A stretch of DNA of 64,000 nucleotides from an uncultured Fidelibacterota bacterium (lineage in GTDB: Bacteria > Fidelibacterota > UBA8477 > JABMPR01): NCBI GenBank assembly GCA_937888365.1, contig CALBFA010000041.1, positions 1,689-65,688 of the forward strand. Direction: 5' to 3'. The number at the start of each line of letters is the position of its first letter. The first letter of the stretch is position 1. Made by a program: the position numbers and the translations under genes. This document shows positions 60,442-64,000 of the stretch, one piece after another. The notes beneath the pieces were generated by a model. The model saw only the letters and a program-made list of their open reading frames with translations. It was not told the DNA's origin and searched no databases.

Positions 60442-61473
60442 ATGCATAATAAACAAAGATTAATAGTAAAATACCTGATATTAGTTGTATTAACGTCAAG
60501 TTTTCTAGCCTTGTCCCTTTCTACTTCTATCTTTGATAAAACCAACTATCCCCATAATAATCAAGAGGTTAAAATCACAATTCCTCAGGGTTCCTATTTA
60601 AGTCAAATTGCGGATTCGTTATACGGCAATAATTTAATTGAAAATAGAATCACTTTTATTTTAGCCGCATTGATTACCAATAAGAGTCGGAGTATGAAAT
60701 CGGGCCGGTATGTTTTGAACCAAGGCTTATCCAATGTAGGCATATTACGTGAAATGGAATCCACTAACATGGAGGATGTTATCGTAACGATTCCCGAAGG
60801 ATTACGATCCGATGAGATTATCTCAATGCTTTGTAGGAAAATTGACGTTGACTCGTTGGAACTTGTGCAATTGTTAGAAGATAGTGTTTTACTCAATCCT
60901 TTTGGTAAAAGTCTCCATCACTTAGAGGGCACTTTATTTCCGGATACCTATAATTTTATTAAAGGTACATCACCTCGCATCGTTTTCGAAAAATTGACGA
61001 ATCGCTTTTTAAGTCAATTACCAAAAGACTGGAAACAAAAATCTGAAGCCCTCGGACTTAATCTCAATCAAATATTGACACTCGCGTCTTTGGTGGAAAA
61101 AGAAACAGCAAAAAGTGATGAAAGACGACTGGTTGCAGGTGTTTACTTAAATCGAGTTCGAGCTGATATGCATTTGAATGCCGATCCGACCCTCATCTAT
61201 ATGTTGATAAAGCGTGATGAATGGGATGGTAATTTGCAAAAGCGCCATAAAAAGATTCGGGATCCATACAATACATATCGTTACAGAGGACTTCCTCCGG
61301 GTCCAATTGCCAGTCCTGGAAGAGCTTCCATTGAAGCTGTTCTTAATCCCGAAAACACACAATTTCTATATTTTGTTGGTAAAAATGATGGCTCAGGCGA
61401 GCATGATTTTTCCGAAACATTACGACAACATATTAATAAAGTAAATCGATATCAAAAAAGAAAGTCCCAATGA
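60442..61473 (+). CDS. mltG: Endolytic transglycosylase MltG (YceG family)
   Basis: VTIPEG, LEG.LFPDTY, LASLVEKE, DPT, PYNTY...GLPPGPI. Confidence 0.95.
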   Translation: MHNKQRLIVKYLILVVLTSSFLALSLSTSIFDKTNYPHNNQEVKITIPQGSYLSQIADSLYGNNLIENRITFILAALITNKSRSMKSGRYVLNQGLSNVGILREMESTNMEDVIVTIPEGLRSDEIISMLCRKIDVDSLELVQLLEDSVLLNPFGKSLHHLEGTLFPDTYNFIKGTSPRIVFEKLTNRFLSQLPKDWKQKSEALGLNLNQILTLASLVEKETAKSDERRLVAGVYLNRVRADMHLNADPTLIYMLIKRDEWDGNLQKRHKKIRDPYNTYRYRGLPPGPIASPGRASIEAVLNPENTQFLYFVGKNDGSGEHDFSETLRQHINKVNRYQKRKSQ

Positions 61474-63686
61474 CATCTCAAATTCTAGCTGGTTTAAATC
61501 CCCCTCAACAAGCGGCTGTGCAGGCCATAGACGGTCCGGTCTTAATTTTCGCCGGAGCAGGTAGTGGTAAAACGCGTGTTCTAACGCATCGCATCGCTTA
61601 TATGATTCATAAACACAACATCCTTCCCTCATCGATTTTGGCGGTGACCTTCACCAATAAAGCCGCAGGCGAATTAAGACAACGGGTCAATAATATGGTG
61701 GGGCAAGGAGTTGGTTACGTCAATGTGGGAACGTTTCATTCCATTTGCTCACGGATTTTACGGGCAGAAGCGTCGTCCATAGGCTATAATCAAAATTTTA
61801 CTATTTATGATGACTCAGACGGTCAACGCGTCGTAAAAGACATCCTTAATACGATGCAACTTTCTACCGACTATTACAAACCAGCAGGTGTATTTTATCA
61901 AATTAAAGCTGCGAAAAACAAGATGCAGACGCCCTCAGAAATGGCTGAATTAGCGATGAGTGCGCGCGATGAAAAAATTGCTGAAATTTATCTCTCATAC
62001 GAATCGACACTTAAAGCAAACAATGCAATGGATTTTGATGACTTGCTCTCGAAGCCACTTGAAGTGTTTGAAAATAATCCTGCAATTCTACGATTTTATC
62101 AAAATAAGTTCAAATATATTTTAGTGGATGAGTATCAAGATACAAACTTGGCTCAATTTAAATTCGTTGAATATCTATCGAAAGAGTCCAAAAATATTTG
62201 TGTCGTTGGCGACGATGACCAATCTATTTATGGATGGCGAGGCGCGGATATTTCGAATATCATCGATTTCCAACAGATTTTCCCGACGGGGCAAGTTTTT
62301 AAGTTAGAGCAAAATTATCGATCGACGGAAACTATTATTAAAGCCGCCAATGCAGTTGTCTCTAAAAATGTATATCGTGCGGATAAAGTCTTGTGGACGG
62401 AGAGTGGTAAAGGTGCCCCAATTACCGTTTTACATGGCGAGACTGAAACGGGGGAAGGTCAGGCTATTTTACATGCTATCCACGACCAACGTAACAACGG
62501 TATTGAGTTAAGCTCAATGGCGGTTCTTTATCGAACAAATGCCCAGTCTCGTGCACTGGAAGATGTAATGCGACGAAATGCAGTCCCTTATCAAATTGTC
62601 GGAGGCACAAAATTCTATGACCGCAAGGAAATCAAGGATATTCTGGCGTATTTTCGCTTAATCCTTAATCCCGCAGATTCGGTGGCGTTATTGCGAATTA
62701 TTAATGTGCCCAGTCGTAAAATCGGGAAAACAACGGTTGAACGATTGGTGAAATTCGCCCTCTCAAAGGATAAACAACTCTATTCGATTTTAAATAATAT
62801 TGATGAAATTGGGCTCAATTCGGGTGTTGAAAAACGCATCAATGACTTTTACCAATTTATTCAAAAATATATAGATCTAATTTCAGAATTGTCACTATAT
62901 CATTGGGCGATAGCAATTATTGACGAGCTGGGATTTATTGAATCATTTCGAGCTGAAGATACACCTGACGCGATAAGTAGAATTGATAATATCAATGAGC
63001 TTTTAGCGGCTTTGGATGAATACGAGAAAAATAATGAAAACGCGACACTTGCTCAATACATGGAAGAAGTCAGTCTGTTAAGCGATATTGACCAATTTAA
63101 CGATGAAGCACATAAAGTTACATTGATGACACTCCACGCCGCGAAAGGTTTAGAGTTTGATATCGTATTTTTGGCTGGCATGGAACAAGGATTATTCCCT
63201 CTCGAACGTGGCGATTCAACGGAAGACATGGAAGAAGAAAGGAGACTCTTTTATGTAGGGCTAACGCGGGCGAAGCGTGTTGCATATCTAACATACGCGA
63301 TGCGTCGTACTCGTTTTGGCGAATTTATGATAAACACTCCCAGCATATTTATTGGTGAAATCCCTTTTGAATATCTTAACTTCCCGCAAAAAGAAAAAGT
63401 CGGAAGCAATCGATCGGAAAAGAAAATGTCATCAACAAAGCGACACAAAACGAAACCTCAAGTAAGAACCTTTGCTAAGAAATCGAAATCATTATTCGGT
63501 GAACCAGAGGTGAAACCTAAGAGCGGAGAATATGAAATTGGCCAAGAGGTTATGCACGCATTCTTCGGAAAAGGAACAATCATCAATGTCTCTGGAGGAG
63601 GCCCTGAGGCTCGTTTAACAGTCGTATTTACTGGTTCTACTAAAAAATTAGTGGCTAAATTTGCGAATCTAAAAATACTAGATTAA
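61470..63686 (+). CDS. pcrA: ATP-dependent DNA helicase PcrA/UvrD
   Basis: AGAGSGKT, DEYQD, GDDDQSIY, NYRS, HAAKGLEF, EERRLFYVG.TRA; C-terminal Tudor-like domain. Confidence 0.95.
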   Translation: MTSQILAGLNPPQQAAVQAIDGPVLIFAGAGSGKTRVLTHRIAYMIHKHNILPSSILAVTFTNKAAGELRQRVNNMVGQGVGYVNVGTFHSICSRILRAEASSIGYNQNFTIYDDSDGQRVVKDILNTMQLSTDYYKPAGVFYQIKAAKNKMQTPSEMAELAMSARDEKIAEIYLSYESTLKANNAMDFDDLLSKPLEVFENNPAILRFYQNKFKYILVDEYQDTNLAQFKFVEYLSKESKNICVVGDDDQSIYGWRGADISNIIDFQQIFPTGQVFKLEQNYRSTETIIKAANAVVSKNVYRADKVLWTESGKGAPITVLHGETETGEGQAILHAIHDQRNNGIELSSMAVLYRTNAQSRALEDVMRRNAVPYQIVGGTKFYDRKEIKDILAYFRLILNPADSVALLRIINVPSRKIGKTTVERLVKFALSKDKQLYSILNNIDEIGLNSGVEKRINDFYQFIQKYIDLISELSLYHWAIAIIDELGFIESFRAEDTPDAISRIDNINELLAALDEYEKNNENATLAQYMEEVSLLSDIDQFNDEAHKVTLMTLHAAKGLEFDIVFLAGMEQGLFPLERGDSTEDMEEERRLFYVGLTRAKRVAYLTYAMRRTRFGEFMINTPSIFIGEIPFEYLNFPQKEKVGSNRSEKKMSSTKRHKTKPQVRTFAKKSKSLFGEPEVKPKSGEYEIGQEVMHAFFGKGTIINVSGGGPEARLTVVFTGSTKKLVAKFANLKILD

Positions 63687-63913
63687 TTCCACAAGAAGAC
63701 AAGTTATGCATAAATTGGGGCTTTCTAGAGGTCCCATTTTTTTATTGATACACTTAGAAAAGTGGATATTCAATGGATTAAAACGGGTTTTTTATTGAGG
63801 CTTCTTTTGTAACGTTCATTTTTATTTGAGTCATCTCTTACAAAGTCACAAAAAAAAATTAAGTTCGCCTCGAACAAAAAAAATGGAGTCGTGTTGATTT
63901 TCACGGAGACTTA

Positions 63914-64000
63914 ATGCTAAAAATTGCTGCTATATTTTATTCGATTAGTATTATCATATTTGCAATTGGCTATCGATTCTATAGACATCGAAAACAAAAA
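63914..64000 (+). CDS. Partial ORF with N-terminal TM segment (runs off the window)
   Basis: GGAG RBS; MLKIAAIFYSISIIIFAIGYRFYRHRKQK. Confidence 0.45.
   Translation, partial: MLKIAAIFYSISIIIFAIGYRFYRHRKQK

Overview
AT-rich bacterial chromosomal segment, probably from a non-Bacteroidota FCB-group lineage such as Ca. Marinimicrobia. This is inferred from YPNPFN-type secretion C-terminal domains together with canonical Shine-Dalgarno sites and sigma70-like promoters. Bases ~19.1-50.6 kb hold one uninterrupted + strand tRNA-tuf-rpmG-secE-nusG-rplKAJL-rpoBC-str-S10-spc-alpha supercluster with two apparently identical tuf genes. The flanks carry housekeeping and catabolic genes (acyl-CoA carboxyltransferase, atuA-like, enoyl-CoA hydratase, lgt, ddl, cysS, hutUI, plsY, mltG, pcrA). 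The notable features are small integrase-free accessory insertions. (1) A GIY-YIG nuclease gene lies between tRNA-Asp and a duplicated tRNA 3' end plus terminator; in the copy the T-arm is precisely replaced by a CCCGAC-loop-GTCGGGA hairpin, and the same hairpin recurs 55 kb away inside another palindromic intergenic element. (2) A four-helix-bundle gene is bracketed by inverted heptamer arrays. (3) A Schlafen/AlbA_2 ATP-binding gene is bracketed by a 53-bp duplication of the host gene's 3' end. (4) An Abi_2/AbiF-like HEPN gene is preceded by its own promoter and a structured RNA. All calls were made by eye; no searches were run.
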